Shown: positions 1 through 9,862 of the stretch, piece by piece
How positions within the stretch are numbered: position 1 is the stretch's first letter
How the letters are laid out: each line of letters begins with the position of its first letter
Origin: Synechococcus elongatus PCC 6301
GTDB taxonomy: Bacteria > Cyanobacteriota > Cyanobacteriia > Synechococcales > Synechococcaceae
Length of the DNA stretch: 32,000 nucleotides
NCBI RefSeq assembly: GCF_000010065.1
Contig: NC_006576.1
Coordinates: 1,611,138-1,643,137 of the forward strand
Direction: 5' to 3'
Program-made: the position numbers and the translations under genes
Notes under the pieces: model-generated
Seen by the model: only the letters and a program-made list of their open reading frames with translations
Database searches by the model: none
Told to the model about the DNA's origin: nothing

Positions 1-782
1 ATCATGTCGATGCGGCCGATGCCATGTTCGCCGGCGATCGCATTCAGTTGTTGGATCAGCGCAACTGGTGCCAATGCCTGACCATTGAGCGTCACCGGCA
101 GCCCCTGATCGAAGCCCAGCTCGATGTAGGCCGGTTCATCGGGGGTGTTGGCGATCGCTTTCGTGAGGGCGTAGACCTCTTCTAGCGGCTCATGCAGCGG
201 ATCTTCCAGCGGACCCGCTTCGATGCTGCGACCTAAGAGGTTGCGATCGATGCTGTAGGGCGAAGATTTTTTGACAGGAGCCGGAATACCAAAGCGCTCA
301 CCGTAGGCGATCGTTTCCTCGCGGCTCATGCCCCATTCCCGTGCTGGTGCCAACACTTTCAGATCTGGATTGAGTGCAGCGATCGAGACATCAAAGCGAA
401 CTTGGTCATTGCCTTTGCCTGTGCAACCGTGGGCAACGGCGTCAGCGCCATATTTGGCTGCTGCTTCAACCAAGAGCTTGGCGATCAGCGGTCGCGCCAA
501 AGCCGTCGAGAGCGGATAGCGGCCTTCGTAGAGGGAGTTGGCTTGAATGGCTGGAAAAGCATAGTCACGGACAAACTCAGCAGTCGCATCAATGACCAGC
601 GATTCCACTGCGCCCGAGTCGAGTGCTTTTTGGCGGATCGGCCCGAGTTCATCGCCTTGGCCAAGGTCAGCGGCCAGCGTAATCACCTCTTCAACGCCCC
701 ACTCTTGCTTGAGGTAGGGAATACAGACCGAGGTATCGACGCCTCCTGAATAGGCCAGAACCACCCGCTTGGCGCGACCCAT
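1..782 (-). CDS. argG: argininosuccinate synthase, N-terminal ~260 aa (3' end runs off the left window edge)
   Basis: Reverse translation from ATG (782-780) reads [81 protein letters not shown]... and ends at the window edge with ...[20 protein letters not shown]. The AYSGGxDTS PP-loop and overall sequence are typical of ArgG. It is absent from the ORF track only because it is truncated. Confidence 0.9.
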   Translation of the reverse strand, partial: MGRAKRVVLAYSGGVDTSVCIPYLKQEWGVEEVITLAADLGQGDELGPIRQKALDSGAVESLVIDATAEFVRDYAFPAIQANSLYEGRYPLSTALARPLIAKLLVEAAAKYGADAVAHGCTGKGNDQVRFDVSIAALNPDLKVLAPAREWGMSREETIAYGERFGIPAPVKKSSPYSIDRNLLGRSIEAGPLEDPLHEPLEEVYALTKAIANTPDEPAYIELGFDQGLPVTLNGQALAPVALIQQLNAIAGEHGIGRIDM

Positions 783-799
783 GACAATCCACTCCGCTG

Positions 800-1210
800 T
801 TGAAACAGCCTTTTATTATCGCAGTTTGCCTGCGGTCTCAGAAGAAGGTCGCTATCATTGCAGGGAGCATTTTTGAGCCTTCGGCTGTGCTGACTTGGGC
901 GATCGCAATCGCAAACGGAATTCTGGCGCTGGTGCTGTTGTGGGCAGCTGGCAAGGTCTGGCGCTTGCGCGGCTATCTGCGCCAGTGGCGGCGAGAGCTA
1001 CGGCAGGTCAACCGACAGGTCAGTACGGTGCTGGCTGCAGCTCCGGCTGATTTACAGCAGGCGGCTGATCAGGTGAGCCAAAGTCGTTGGCAGTATCTAC
1101 GGCTGCGGCAACTGTGGCAGCAGTGGCAACTGTTGCTGAAATTTCTGGGACTCTTGCAGCCGTGGGTTCCTCTGTTCACCCCACCGAAAAAGTCTCGGGC
1201 AGCCCAATGA
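800..1210 (+). CDS. hypothetical membrane protein (one TM helix plus R/Q-rich helical region); start uncertain (TTG 800 or GTG 887)
   Basis: ORF-track ORF. It has a hydrophobic segment [21 protein letters not shown] followed by a charged helical repeat. Its stop overlaps the next gene's ATG (ATGA at 1207-1210). The TTG 800 start would lie only 17 nt from the divergent argG ATG, so GTG 887 is a plausible alternative. Confidence 0.5.
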   Translation: MKQPFIIAVCLRSQKKVAIIAGSIFEPSAVLTWAIAIANGILALVLLWAAGKVWRLRGYLRQWRRELRQVNRQVSTVLAAAPADLQQAADQVSQSRWQYLRLRQLWQQWQLLLKFLGLLQPWVPLFTPPKKSRAAQ

Positions 1211-1557
1211 CCTCTTCGCGCGACAAGTTTTGGAGTGGTGTGTTGCTGGGGGCAACCGCTGGGGCGATCGCAGCGCTCTTGACGGCTCCTCGGCGCGGCA
1301 AAGAGACTCGCGTTGTTCTTCAGCAATCCTTGGAGCATCTGCCCGAGGTCACTGCTGAAGTTACGGAAAAGGTGCAGGAACAAGCGGAACGGCTAGGAGT
1401 CGTAGTGGGCGATCGCTGGGGCACGGTGCGTGGGCGTCTGAAACAGGCTTGGCGATCGGGTGTGGCGGCAGCCAAACAGGAATGCCAAACGACGACGATC
1501 GCGGCGGAATCCGTCAGTGAGCATGAGTCCTCTAGCCCCGATCAGTCGGCCTCATGA
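1207..1557 (+). CDS. YtxH-domain protein (TM helix plus helical stress-protein-like domain)
   Basis: The internal ATG at 1207 of ORF 1087..1557 gives [40 protein letters not shown]..., which matches the YtxH signature (G-rich TM helix then APxxGKETR). There are ATGA overlaps with both neighbours. Confidence 0.7.
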   Translation: MTSSRDKFWSGVLLGATAGAIAALLTAPRRGKETRVVLQQSLEHLPEVTAEVTEKVQEQAERLGVVVGDRWGTVRGRLKQAWRSGVAAAKQECQTTTIAAESVSEHESSSPDQSAS

Positions 1558-1967
1558 CGCCCATTTTCTGGCTGGGGATTTCCTTTTTATTAGTTGCTTC
1601 CAGCTTGTCAGTACTGCTCTGGGTGGCCGTTCCAGCCGTGCAAGAACTGGCTCGAACGGCTCGGAGTGCGCAGCGCCTGTTGGATATGCTCTCCCGTGAA
1701 CTGCCACCAACGCTAGAAGCCATGCGGCTGACTGGCCTAGAAGTGAGTGAGCTAACGGATGAGATGAGTGAAAGCATCCGCAGTGCGGGTTCTGTGGTCA
1801 AGCAACTGGATGCAGGACTACAGGGCGTGCGGGAGCAAGCCACGAATGCTCAGCGCACGACTCGCAGTTTGACGGCAGGAGTCAAAGCCGCCTGGCGATC
1901 GCTCCACGCCGCGCAGCCCTCTACCAACAATCGCTCCAGTTCTGTACCAGATTCAAAAGATCGTTAG
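1554..1967 (+). CDS. DUF948-like membrane protein (N-terminal TM helix plus coiled coil)
   Basis: The 137-aa ORF begins MTPIFWLGISFLLVASSLSVLLWVAVPAVQELARTARSAQRLLDMLSRELPPTLEAM... This architecture and sequence pattern resemble DUF948, which is commonly found next to YtxH genes. ATGA overlap at 1554-1557. Confidence 0.65.
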   Translation: MTPIFWLGISFLLVASSLSVLLWVAVPAVQELARTARSAQRLLDMLSRELPPTLEAMRLTGLEVSELTDEMSESIRSAGSVVKQLDAGLQGVREQATNAQRTTRSLTAGVKAAWRSLHAAQPSTNNRSSSVPDSKDR

Positions 1968-2039
1968 CGCAGACGCTGCAGTTCTCAGCACTTGCCAGCA
2001 GAATGAGCGGCAGCGTTTGTCGTTGCGCTCTCAATCCTG

Positions 2040-3635
2040 ATGCTCAATCGCGATCGCCCTCGCTGGTTTGTCGGGCAAGACTTGGATGGATTCCTCGGTC
2101 TGGCCCTCGATAACCTGATTCAAATTCTGCTGATCCTTGGGCTCTGCCAAGGCTTACTGGGCTATCCACCCAGCTTGGTCTATGAACGGATTTTGCCTGC
2201 GATCGCCCTCAGCTTGATTGTCGGCAACGTGTACTACAGCTGGCTAGCCTACCGCTTGGATGAGCAGGAGGGCACGAGCGATCGCACGGCGATTCCCTAC
2301 GGCATCAACACCGTCAGCCTGTTTGCTTACGTCTTCTTGGTGATGCTGCCCGTCAAACTCGCAGCTCTCAGTCAAGGGTTATCGGAAGAAGCCGCGATCG
2401 AAGCCTCATGGGCGGCAGGGCTGGTAGCTTGCCTAGGCTCAGGCTTGATCGAACTGTTTGGCGCATGGGTCAGCGATCCCCTACGGCGTTGGCTGCCGCG
2501 AGCCGCGCTGCTTTCGACCTTGGCCGGAATTGCGATCACCTTCATCGCCTTAGGCTTCCTGTTCCGAACCTACGCCCATCCGATCGTCGGATTGGTGCCC
2601 TTTGGCGTGATTTTGCTGACCTACTTCGGTCGGATGAAATTTCCGATTCCCGGCGGTCTGCTCGCGGTTCTCTTGGGCACTGCTTTGGCCTGGATCACTG
2701 GTCTTTCCCGCTGGGACAGCACTAACTTTGAGCTGGCACTGCAACCAATTGGCTGGCATGGCCCTAACTTTTACCTTGCCGCTATCTGGGAATCGCGATC
2801 GATTTTGCTCTCGCAGCTGAGCGTGATTCTGCCAATGGGACTCTTTAATCTCGTCGGCAGTCTACAAAACCTCGAAAGTGCAGAAGCAGCGGGCGATCGC
2901 TATCCGACGAAACCCTGTCTCGCGGCCAACGGCATTGGGACGTTAGTGGCAGCATTCTGCGGCTCCTGTTTCCCGACCACAATCTATATCGGCCACCCCG
3001 GCTGGAAGGCTCTAGGAGCCAAGGTGGGCTATTCCTGGCTGAATGGATTGGTGATGGGCGCGATTTGTTTGACTGGCACCATCGGCCTGCTTTCCTACTT
3101 CATTCCGATCGATGCGGGCATGGCGATCGTGCTCTGGATTGGCATCGTGATCAGCGCCCAAAGTTTTCAAACAACACCAATCGCCCATGCACCCGCCGTG
3201 GTCGTTGGCCTCATGCCGGGCATTGCCGCTTGGGGTGCCCAGACGATTAAAACCAGTCTGCGCATCGCTGGTTTGGGAACGACTGAAAGACCCTTTAGCG
3301 CTGCGTTGATCGAACCGTTTCAGCGCCAAGACCTCTACTTGTCAGGAGTTTTGGCTTTAGAGCAAGGGCAAATTTTTTCGGCCATGTTGTTGGCAGCGAT
3401 GACGGTCTACATCATCGATCGCCAGTTCGGTTGGGCGGCCCTCTGTAGTCTGATTGCAGCAGTACTCAGTTGGATCGGCCTGATCCACAGTTACGAATGG
3501 ATTACCTCAGACACGGTGATTCAGCTAGGTTGGGGAGCCGGTAGTGAATGGGCGATCGGTTATGCGCTGCTCAGTCTTTTGCTGTTTTACGCCGCTTGGC
3601 AACATCCGCGATCGCAGCCTGCACTCAAGGAGTAG
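2040..3635 (+). CDS. polytopic permease, probably NCS2/AzgA-like (xanthine/uracil/nucleobase permease superfamily)
   Basis: The 531-aa ORF has at least 12 hydrophobic segments. The N-terminal [23 protein letters not shown] pattern resembles cyanobacterial NCS2-family permeases as I recall them. The family assignment is from memory only. Confidence 0.7.
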   Translation: MLNRDRPRWFVGQDLDGFLGLALDNLIQILLILGLCQGLLGYPPSLVYERILPAIALSLIVGNVYYSWLAYRLDEQEGTSDRTAIPYGINTVSLFAYVFLVMLPVKLAALSQGLSEEAAIEASWAAGLVACLGSGLIELFGAWVSDPLRRWLPRAALLSTLAGIAITFIALGFLFRTYAHPIVGLVPFGVILLTYFGRMKFPIPGGLLAVLLGTALAWITGLSRWDSTNFELALQPIGWHGPNFYLAAIWESRSILLSQLSVILPMGLFNLVGSLQNLESAEAAGDRYPTKPCLAANGIGTLVAAFCGSCFPTTIYIGHPGWKALGAKVGYSWLNGLVMGAICLTGTIGLLSYFIPIDAGMAIVLWIGIVISAQSFQTTPIAHAPAVVVGLMPGIAAWGAQTIKTSLRIAGLGTTERPFSAALIEPFQRQDLYLSGVLALEQGQIFSAMLLAAMTVYIIDRQFGWAALCSLIAAVLSWIGLIHSYEWITSDTVIQLGWGAGSEWAIGYALLSLLLFYAAWQHPRSQPALKE

Positions 3636-3668
3636 AGCTGCGATCGCCTGTGGATATCTGTAATCGAC

Positions 3669-5150
3669 TTAGGCCGTTACAGTTTCGAGCATCAGCTTCG
3701 ATCGCTTGATCTCCTCGGGAATTGCGATCGGGTAGCGACCGTTAAAGCAAGCCGTGCAGAAGTTACCAATACTTTCTCGGGTCGCCTCCAGCATTCCCTG
3801 CTCCGTCAGGTAAGCCAGAGAATCGACACCAATCTGCTCAGTGATTTCACTGACCGATCGCGTGGCAGCAATCAGCTGATCTTGGGTGTCGGTATCAATG
3901 CCGTAGAAGCAGGGATGCGTCACAGGCGGTGAAGAAATCCGCATATGCACTTCCGTTGCACCCGCATCCCGCAGAGCTTTGACCAGTTTGCGGCTGGTTG
4001 TTCCCCGCACGATCGAATCGTCAATGATGGCAATGCGTTTGCCCGCTAAGACATCCTTGAGAGGGTTGAGCTTCATGCGAATGCCCGTTTCCCGCATCGA
4101 TTGGGTGGGCTGGATGAACGTCCGCCCCACGTAGCGGTTTTTGATTAACCCTTCGGCGTAGGGAATGCCCAGCGCTTCAGAAAAACCAATCGCAGCCGGA
4201 ATACCGGAGTCAGGCACACCCAGCACGAGGTCAACATCCGCCGGAGCTTCCTTGGCTAAGCGTTGGCCGATGCGGCGGCGATAGCTGTAAAGCGACTCGC
4301 CGTGAAAGAGGCTATCAGGCCGCGCAAAGTAAATCATCTCGAAGACGCAGAGCTTCGGCTGCGGCGCCTCGGCCCAAGTCCAGCTTTCCAGACCTGCATC
4401 TGTAATCCGCACCATTTCACCCGGTGCGATATCGCGCACGTAGTCCGCACCAATGATGTCGAGACCGCAGGTTTCAGAAGAAAGCACATAGCGCGTTTGG
4501 CCATTGCTCTCCAGCGTGCCCAGCACAAGCGGCCTAATGCCATTGGGGTCACGGGTGCCGTAGAGTGCCTCAGGAGTGCCGATCGTCAGGCTAAAGGCTC
4601 CTTGGCTGCGGCGGCAGGCAGACTCGATCGCCCCGCGCCAGTCCTGGCCTTCTGCCACTGCTTCCATGATCGCGAAGGCAATCAGTTCTGAATCGGTGGT
4701 GGTCGTCAGCTCGTGGTTCTTAGCTAGCAGCTCTTGGCGCAACTCAACCGTGTTGACCAAGTTGCCGTTGTGCGCCAAGGCCACCGGCCCAAGGCGGGTT
4801 TCCAGCAACGCCGGTTGAGCGTTGGCAATACGGCTTGATCCCGTGGTGGAGTAGCGGGTATGACCGACCGCAAGGCTGCCTTGCAGTTGCTGCAGGATTT
4901 CGGGATCAAAGACTTGGGAGACCAAGCCCATGTCCTTGTGGAGCATGACGCGATCGCCTTCAAAGACGGCGATGCCAGCAGACTCTTGTCCACGATGCTG
5001 GAGCGCGTACAGCCCGAAATAGGCCATGCGCGCCACTTCTTCGCCCGGTGCGTAGAGGGCAAAAACCCCACAGGCTTCTTCGGGGCGGTCAGGTCGCTCC
5101 AGGCCCAAATCGCAATCCAGGTCGGCGGTCAGCGGCTGAGTCGGGATCAT
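3669..5150 (-). CDS. purF: amidophosphoribosyltransferase (glutamine-PRPP amidotransferase)
   Basis: 493-aa ORF. A propeptide precedes the catalytic Cys (..EEACGVFALYAP). Other PurF features are the HRGQESAGIA motif, the PRPP loop IIDDSIVRGTTS and the C-terminal Fe-S cysteines (HPCFYGID, FCTACFNGRYP). Confidence 0.95.
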   Translation of the reverse strand: MIPTQPLTADLDCDLGLERPDRPEEACGVFALYAPGEEVARMAYFGLYALQHRGQESAGIAVFEGDRVMLHKDMGLVSQVFDPEILQQLQGSLAVGHTRYSTTGSSRIANAQPALLETRLGPVALAHNGNLVNTVELRQELLAKNHELTTTTDSELIAFAIMEAVAEGQDWRGAIESACRRSQGAFSLTIGTPEALYGTRDPNGIRPLVLGTLESNGQTRYVLSSETCGLDIIGADYVRDIAPGEMVRITDAGLESWTWAEAPQPKLCVFEMIYFARPDSLFHGESLYSYRRRIGQRLAKEAPADVDLVLGVPDSGIPAAIGFSEALGIPYAEGLIKNRYVGRTFIQPTQSMRETGIRMKLNPLKDVLAGKRIAIIDDSIVRGTTSRKLVKALRDAGATEVHMRISSPPVTHPCFYGIDTDTQDQLIAATRSVSEITEQIGVDSLAYLTEQGMLEATRESIGNFCTACFNGRYPIAIPEEIKRSKLMLETVTA

Positions 5151-5234
5151 GCCCTTGCAGAGCTCCTGATTGGCAAAAAGATGGCCAGCGTTGTAGCGGC
5201 TAATGCAAATTTAACAATGACTTAACCCTAGCGG

Positions 5235-7568
5235 TTAGTCTTTAGCCAAACGACGTTCGATCGCCCCGCCCCAAGTCTGCTGGAGCTGATCGACGGAAAG
5301 CTGGACGAGGGGCTGGTTTCCAGCGGCGATCGCCAGTCCAGCATCGGCTTCAGTAACCGTGCCGATCGCTTGCCAAGCTGCCGGAATTTGTGCCTGTAGC
5401 TCGGCTTCCCAAACCGCGACATGTGCCGGATCGACGGAAACAAGGATCCGCGCACCGCCCTCGGCAAATAGCAACCAGTCGGGACGATGGCCAACCAGTT
5501 CACCCAGATTGACCCGAGCACCGAGGGAACCTGCGATCGCCGATTCCGCGATCGCCACAGCCAAGCCGCCTTCCGCACTGTCGTGGGCCGATCGAATCCA
5601 GCCTTGGTGAATGCCAAGACGACAGACCGCCTGCACCCGCCGCTCTAGATCAAAATCGATCCGAGGCGGCAGCCCCGCTACGGTTTGATGGGCGATCGCG
5701 AGATATTCACTCCCCCCCAAACTGAGGCGATCGTCAGCCGCTTGGGTTGGCAGACCAAGCAGATAGAGGCGATCGCCAACGGATTGGAAACCCTGACCAC
5801 AGACGCGATCGAGGTTGGGCACCAAGCCGACCATGCCGACCACCGGCGTCGGGTAAATCGGCTGGGGTTTCCCGTCTGAATCCAGCGTTTCGTTATAGAG
5901 CGAGACGTTGCCGCCCGTCACTGGCGTGGAAAATTCGCGGCAGGCTTCCGAGAGACCCCGACAAGCTTCCGCCAACTGCCAGTAGCCGATCGGCTTCTCA
6001 GGGCTACCGAAGTTGAGGTTATCGGTCACAGCTAGCGGCTCAGCACCAACACAGCTGAGGTTGCGGGCCGCCTCTGCAACCGCTGCTTTTGCCCCCTCGT
6101 AGGGCTGCAGGTAGCAGTAACGAGCATTGCAGTCGGTGGTGGCTGCCACACCCTTGTTGGAGGTTTTCAGCGCAGCAGCGCCCATCTGCGGTCGTAACCG
6201 CACCACAGCGGCATCTGCTGCCCCCGGCAAGACAACCGTGTTGTTCTGGACTTGGTGGTCGTACTGGCGATAGACCCAGCGCTTAGAGGCGATCGTGGGG
6301 CTATCCAGCAGAGTCAGCAGCAAATCATTCCAACTGCGATCACCACAGCCAACTTCGGTAGCTGCCGGAAGCTGATCAATCGTCCACTGCCAAGCCTGTT
6401 GAGCGTAAGCAGGCGGTTCGTCGGGGAGTTGCCGGTGATAGATCGGCGTGTTGTCGGAGAGGGCAGTAGCGGGAATTTCCGCTGCGATCGCGCCTTGCCA
6501 GAAAATCCGCACGATCGGCTCAGCGATGATTTTGCCAGCGACGACCGCTTGCAGCCCCCAGCGATGGAAGATGTCGATTAGCTCTTGCTCGCGACCAGCT
6601 GCAGCCACGAACAGCATCCGTTCCTGGGATTCCGAGAGCAGATACTCGTAGGGCACCATGCCGCTTTCGCGCACGGGAATCAGGTCCAGATCCAGCTCAA
6701 CGCCGACACCACCTTTGGCCGCCATTTCTGCCGTGGAGCAGGTCAGCCCCGCCGCACCCATGTCCTGCGCAGCAACAACAGCACCTGTTTTGAACGCTTC
6801 TAAGCAAGCTTCAATCAGCGATTTTTCGAGGAAGGGATCACCAACCTGCACCGCGGGGCGATCATCCAGCGATTCATCGCTCAGCTCAGCGCTGGCAAAG
6901 CTGGCCCCCCCCATGCCGTCGCGACCGGTTGTGGAGCCGACATACAGCACCGGATTACCAATGCCTGAAGCACCTGCTTTGACAATCTCGTCGGTTTCCA
7001 TCAGCCCCAAGGCCATGGCATTCACCAAGGGATTGCCGTTGTAAGCCGGGTCAAAGGCGACTTCACCACCCACCGTCGGCACGCCGACGCAGTTGCCGTA
7101 GTGGCTAATTCCCGAGACCACGCCGTGGAACAGTCGCCGCGTTCGGGGTTGCTCGAGGTCGCCAAAGCGCAGGGAGTTGAGAATCGCGATCGGGCGAGCT
7201 CCCATCGTGAAAATATCGCGGAGAATACCGCCTACACCCGTTGCTGCCCCTTGGAACGGCTCTACAGCAGAGGGGTGATTGTGAGACTCGACTTTGAAGG
7301 CCAGATGCAGTCCATCACCCAGATCGACAACACCGGCATTCTCACCAGGACCAACGAGGATACGCAGGCCCTCTGTCGGAAATTGACTGAGCAGCGGTCG
7401 TGAGTTTTTGTAGCAACAATGCTCTGACCACATCACGCCGAACATTCCTAGCTCGGCTTTGTTGGGGTGCCGACCCAGTCGCTCGACGATCGCATCGTAC
7501 TCCTCGGGTTTGATGCCCTCACCAGCAATTTCATCGGCCGAAAAAGGAGCAGAGGAGATCGCCGTCAT
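5235..7568 (-). CDS. purL: phosphoribosylformylglycinamidine synthase subunit II
   Basis: The 777-aa ORF contains [43 protein letters not shown] and the duplicated AIR-synthase-like fold typical of small PurL. Confidence 0.95.
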   Translation of the reverse strand: MTAISSAPFSADEIAGEGIKPEEYDAIVERLGRHPNKAELGMFGVMWSEHCCYKNSRPLLSQFPTEGLRILVGPGENAGVVDLGDGLHLAFKVESHNHPSAVEPFQGAATGVGGILRDIFTMGARPIAILNSLRFGDLEQPRTRRLFHGVVSGISHYGNCVGVPTVGGEVAFDPAYNGNPLVNAMALGLMETDEIVKAGASGIGNPVLYVGSTTGRDGMGGASFASAELSDESLDDRPAVQVGDPFLEKSLIEACLEAFKTGAVVAAQDMGAAGLTCSTAEMAAKGGVGVELDLDLIPVRESGMVPYEYLLSESQERMLFVAAAGREQELIDIFHRWGLQAVVAGKIIAEPIVRIFWQGAIAAEIPATALSDNTPIYHRQLPDEPPAYAQQAWQWTIDQLPAATEVGCGDRSWNDLLLTLLDSPTIASKRWVYRQYDHQVQNNTVVLPGAADAAVVRLRPQMGAAALKTSNKGVAATTDCNARYCYLQPYEGAKAAVAEAARNLSCVGAEPLAVTDNLNFGSPEKPIGYWQLAEACRGLSEACREFSTPVTGGNVSLYNETLDSDGKPQPIYPTPVVGMVGLVPNLDRVCGQGFQSVGDRLYLLGLPTQAADDRLSLGGSEYLAIAHQTVAGLPPRIDFDLERRVQAVCRLGIHQGWIRSAHDSAEGGLAVAIAESAIAGSLGARVNLGELVGHRPDWLLFAEGGARILVSVDPAHVAVWEAELQAQIPAAWQAIGTVTEADAGLAIAAGNQPLVQLSVDQLQQTWGGAIERRLAKD

Positions 7569-7611
7569 GGCTTTGGAATTCCCGCAGAAGTCGTCCTTAA
7601 TTGTATCGGCG

Positions 7612-8484
7612 TTAGACCCACGGGTCGTCGTCGTCCCAAGCCTCGGGCGGAATCAGGGGCTGTGCTGGCGGGGCGATCGCGGCTGATTTAGGGCGCAATT
7701 CCGGCAATGGCTGTAAAGCGGTCTCCGCCGCATCCCAATCTTCCTCATCCTCTGCGATCGCGGTGAGAGGCTGTGGGGTGGCATCCTCCCAATCCAAGGG
7801 CTGCTGGACTTGCTCCCGCACTTCTTGGACTTGCGCTAATACTTCCTGCGCTTGTTCCTTGACCTTGCTGACTTGCAGCTTCAGCTCTTGCTTCCAGTGG
7901 CGCGCCCGCTGGCGTAGATCGCCCAACAGATGCCGATAGTCCGGTTCGGAACCAGCAACCGCTTCCGTCAATCCCGCTTCATAGACCGGCAGCGTTTCTG
8001 GATCGAGTTCCGCCACCAAAACCCGCGCTTGGCCATAGCTCAAGACCAGCTGCGGGTCGAGATCCCAAAGCATGCCAGCCACACCCCGCCAACCGTGGGG
8101 GCTAACCAGATAGGCGCTGATGTAGCCCGTCTGACGATCGAAGCGGCAATCAACAATTTTGCCGACATGCAAACCGGCATCGGTCCAGACTTCGTGTTGG
8201 AGGAGTGATTCGAGGCGATCGACTTTCTCGGGATTGGCAGGCTGTGGCGCTGCTTCTAACACCACGCTGTCATCGCCGAGGGCATGGAGTTGATCGAGCC
8301 GAAAGGCAGAAAACTCTCCACGAATGAGCCCTTGCTTGCAGAGAAACCCCAAAACGCGATGGGCTGGCGGATGCATCCAGACGCGATCGATGCGGCCATG
8401 TTCATCCGTGGTTTGGCGATCAAGAACTTGTCGATTGAGAAGGTCGCTAACCCGCAGTTCTTCAGGCTGGTCGGACATTGCCAC
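7612..8484 (-). CDS. PRC-barrel domain protein (two PRC-like barrels, coiled-coil linker, Pro-rich region, acidic C-terminal tip)
   Basis: The 290-aa ORF has [34 protein letters not shown] and [29 protein letters not shown], which resemble PRC-barrel strands. The C-terminus is ...[12 protein letters not shown]. It lies 24 nt downstream of dnaN and 43 nt upstream of purL on the same strand. Confidence 0.7.
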   Translation of the reverse strand: MAMSDQPEELRVSDLLNRQVLDRQTTDEHGRIDRVWMHPPAHRVLGFLCKQGLIRGEFSAFRLDQLHALGDDSVVLEAAPQPANPEKVDRLESLLQHEVWTDAGLHVGKIVDCRFDRQTGYISAYLVSPHGWRGVAGMLWDLDPQLVLSYGQARVLVAELDPETLPVYEAGLTEAVAGSEPDYRHLLGDLRQRARHWKQELKLQVSKVKEQAQEVLAQVQEVREQVQQPLDWEDATPQPLTAIAEDEEDWDAAETALQPLPELRPKSAAIAPPAQPLIPPEAWDDDDPWV

Positions 8485-8508
8485 GGTGAGAAAAAGGGGA
8501 TCTCAACT

Positions 8509-9636
8509 CTAGCTGCGCAACTGAATCGGCATCACCAAGTAGGTGATTTTGACGGGTCCCAACGGACTGAGCACGACAGGGCTGGTGTTGCTGTTGAGCT
8601 GAATCTGAATGTCCGTGGTGTTCAAGGCTTTCAGCCCTTCGGCGAGGTAGCGCACATTGAAGGCGATCTCCAAGGGTTCACCGATGATTTCAGCCGGCAC
8701 GGCTTCTTGACCGCTTCCCACATCCTGTGCATCGACTGCTAAGGCTAGGCGATTGTTCTCCGGATCAAGGGAAAGACGGATGGCGTTATTTTGCTGATCC
8801 GCCAACACTGCAATCCGCTCCAGCGCGGCCAGCAGGCGTTTGCGATCGACGGCAACGTTGCGATTGAACTCCCGCGGAATCAGCTGCCCGTAGTTGGGAT
8901 ATTGGCCATCCAATGTCCGGCTCGTTAGGTACTGGTCGCCCCACTGGAAGACAGTCTGACCTTGGTCATGATAAAGCGCGATCGCCTCGTCACTGCCGCG
9001 AATCGCGATCATCCGCTCTAGGTCCCGTAAGGCCCGCGAAGGCACCGTCACAGCAAACTCAGTAGCTGGAGTTGCTGCGGCATTCTCGGTTTTAACCACA
9101 GCCAAGCGGTGACCGTCCGTCGCTGCAAACTCTAGGCCATCGGGTTGTACCTTGAGGTGGACGCCCGTCAGGATTTGCTTGGTTTCATCCCCACTAGTCG
9201 CAAACAGGGTGCCACGCAGCCCTTCGATCAAAGCGCTGGCGGAGAGTTGTAGAGCTTCTTGGCTCTGAACCAGAGGCAACTCAGGAAATTCATCGGCACT
9301 GATCCCCCGCATTTGGTACTGGCCAGACCCCACTGACAGAGTCGCCGCTGCATCGTTGTCTTCCAGCGTGACGTCGCTGTCGTTGGGGAGGCGCGAAACG
9401 ATATCGTTGAGCAGCTTGGCCGGTAGAGTGATGGCACCGCTCCGTTCGACTTGCGCGGCAAAGCTGGTTTGAATTCCGAGGCTGAGATCAAAGGCGGTTA
9501 AGCTCAGTCGTTGAGTACCGGCATCAGCCGCTAGAAGCACGTTGGCAAGCACCGGATGATTCGGGCGGGAAGGTACAGCACGGCTAACGAGCGACAGACT
9601 GGTATTCAGTTCGTTTTGGCGACAGACCAACTTCAT
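8509..9636 (-). CDS. dnaN: DNA polymerase III beta sliding clamp
   Basis: ORF 8509..9702 trimmed to the ATG at 9636 gives MKLVCRQNELNTSLSLVSRAVPSRPNHPVLANVLL..., the canonical DnaN N-terminus, and a 375-aa three-domain-length protein. The 22 upstream codons have no DnaN counterpart. Confidence 0.93.
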   Translation of the reverse strand: MKLVCRQNELNTSLSLVSRAVPSRPNHPVLANVLLAADAGTQRLSLTAFDLSLGIQTSFAAQVERSGAITLPAKLLNDIVSRLPNDSDVTLEDNDAAATLSVGSGQYQMRGISADEFPELPLVQSQEALQLSASALIEGLRGTLFATSGDETKQILTGVHLKVQPDGLEFAATDGHRLAVVKTENAAATPATEFAVTVPSRALRDLERMIAIRGSDEAIALYHDQGQTVFQWGDQYLTSRTLDGQYPNYGQLIPREFNRNVAVDRKRLLAALERIAVLADQQNNAIRLSLDPENNRLALAVDAQDVGSGQEAVPAEIIGEPLEIAFNVRYLAEGLKALNTTDIQIQLNSNTSPVVLSPLGPVKITYLVMPIQLRS

Positions 9637-9692
9637 GGGGGGAGGCTGCCCGAGCCTTTGATCGCAATCTTGCCAAAGCATCGTAGCACTGC

Positions 9693-9701
9693 TCTTCCAC
9701 A
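9693..9701 (+). promoter_or_regulatory. isolated DnaA box variant TCTTCCACA
   Basis: One mismatch to TTTTCCACA. It lies on the dnaN side of the AT-rich tract. Confidence 0.5.
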
Positions 9702-9734
9702 AGGATTTTTGACGGTGCGATTACTAGATCGGAT

Positions 9735-9770
9735 CTCTTTTTTAATTTTTAGATCAGTAGTAGTAGGGGC
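9735..9770. promoter_or_regulatory. candidate unwinding element: AT-rich tract, TAG trinucleotide repeats (DnaA-trio-like), short GC cluster
   Basis: The + strand reads ctcttttttaatttttagat (9735-9754), then cag tag tag tag (9755-9766), then gggc (9767-9770), immediately followed by two abutting DnaA boxes. Confidence 0.55.
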
Positions 9771-9852
9771 TGTGGAAAATGTGGAAAAGATCCTGGAAAG
9801 CTTTCATAGCAAGACTTTCAGCGATCGACCCCTGTGGAAAAGCTGTGGAAAA
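9771..9852 (-). promoter_or_regulatory. four perfect DnaA boxes on the minus strand (TGTGGAAAA on +)
   Basis: TGTGGAAAA occurs at 9771-9779, 9780-9788, 9833-9841 and 9844-9852. These are two closely spaced pairs. Confidence 0.85.
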
Positions 9853-9862
9853 ACTAAGAGGG

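Noticed and set aside
1973-2016. Imperfect hairpin (ACGCTGC...GCAGCGT, 7-bp outer stem) after the DUF948-like gene as a terminator
   Set aside because: It has a 30-nt interior with only partial pairing and a weak T-tract (TTGTCGTTG). It is not convincing enough to list as a feature.
4263-7403. Many 60-140-aa ORFs antisense to, or out of frame with, purF and purL. Similar ones occur inside dnaN, thrC, cobA, ctaA/ctaB, the oxidoreductase gene and others.
   Set aside because: These are typical shadow ORFs of GC-rich coding DNA. They are R/P/A/S-rich and low-complexity, fully nested in strongly supported genes, and lack motifs or ribosome-binding sites.
9637-9702. 22-codon N-terminal extension of dnaN (MWKSSATMLWQDCDQRLGQPPP)
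   Set aside because: It has no counterpart in sliding clamps. The canonical N-terminus MKLVCRQNEL starts at ATG 9636, and the extension overlaps a DnaA-box variant.
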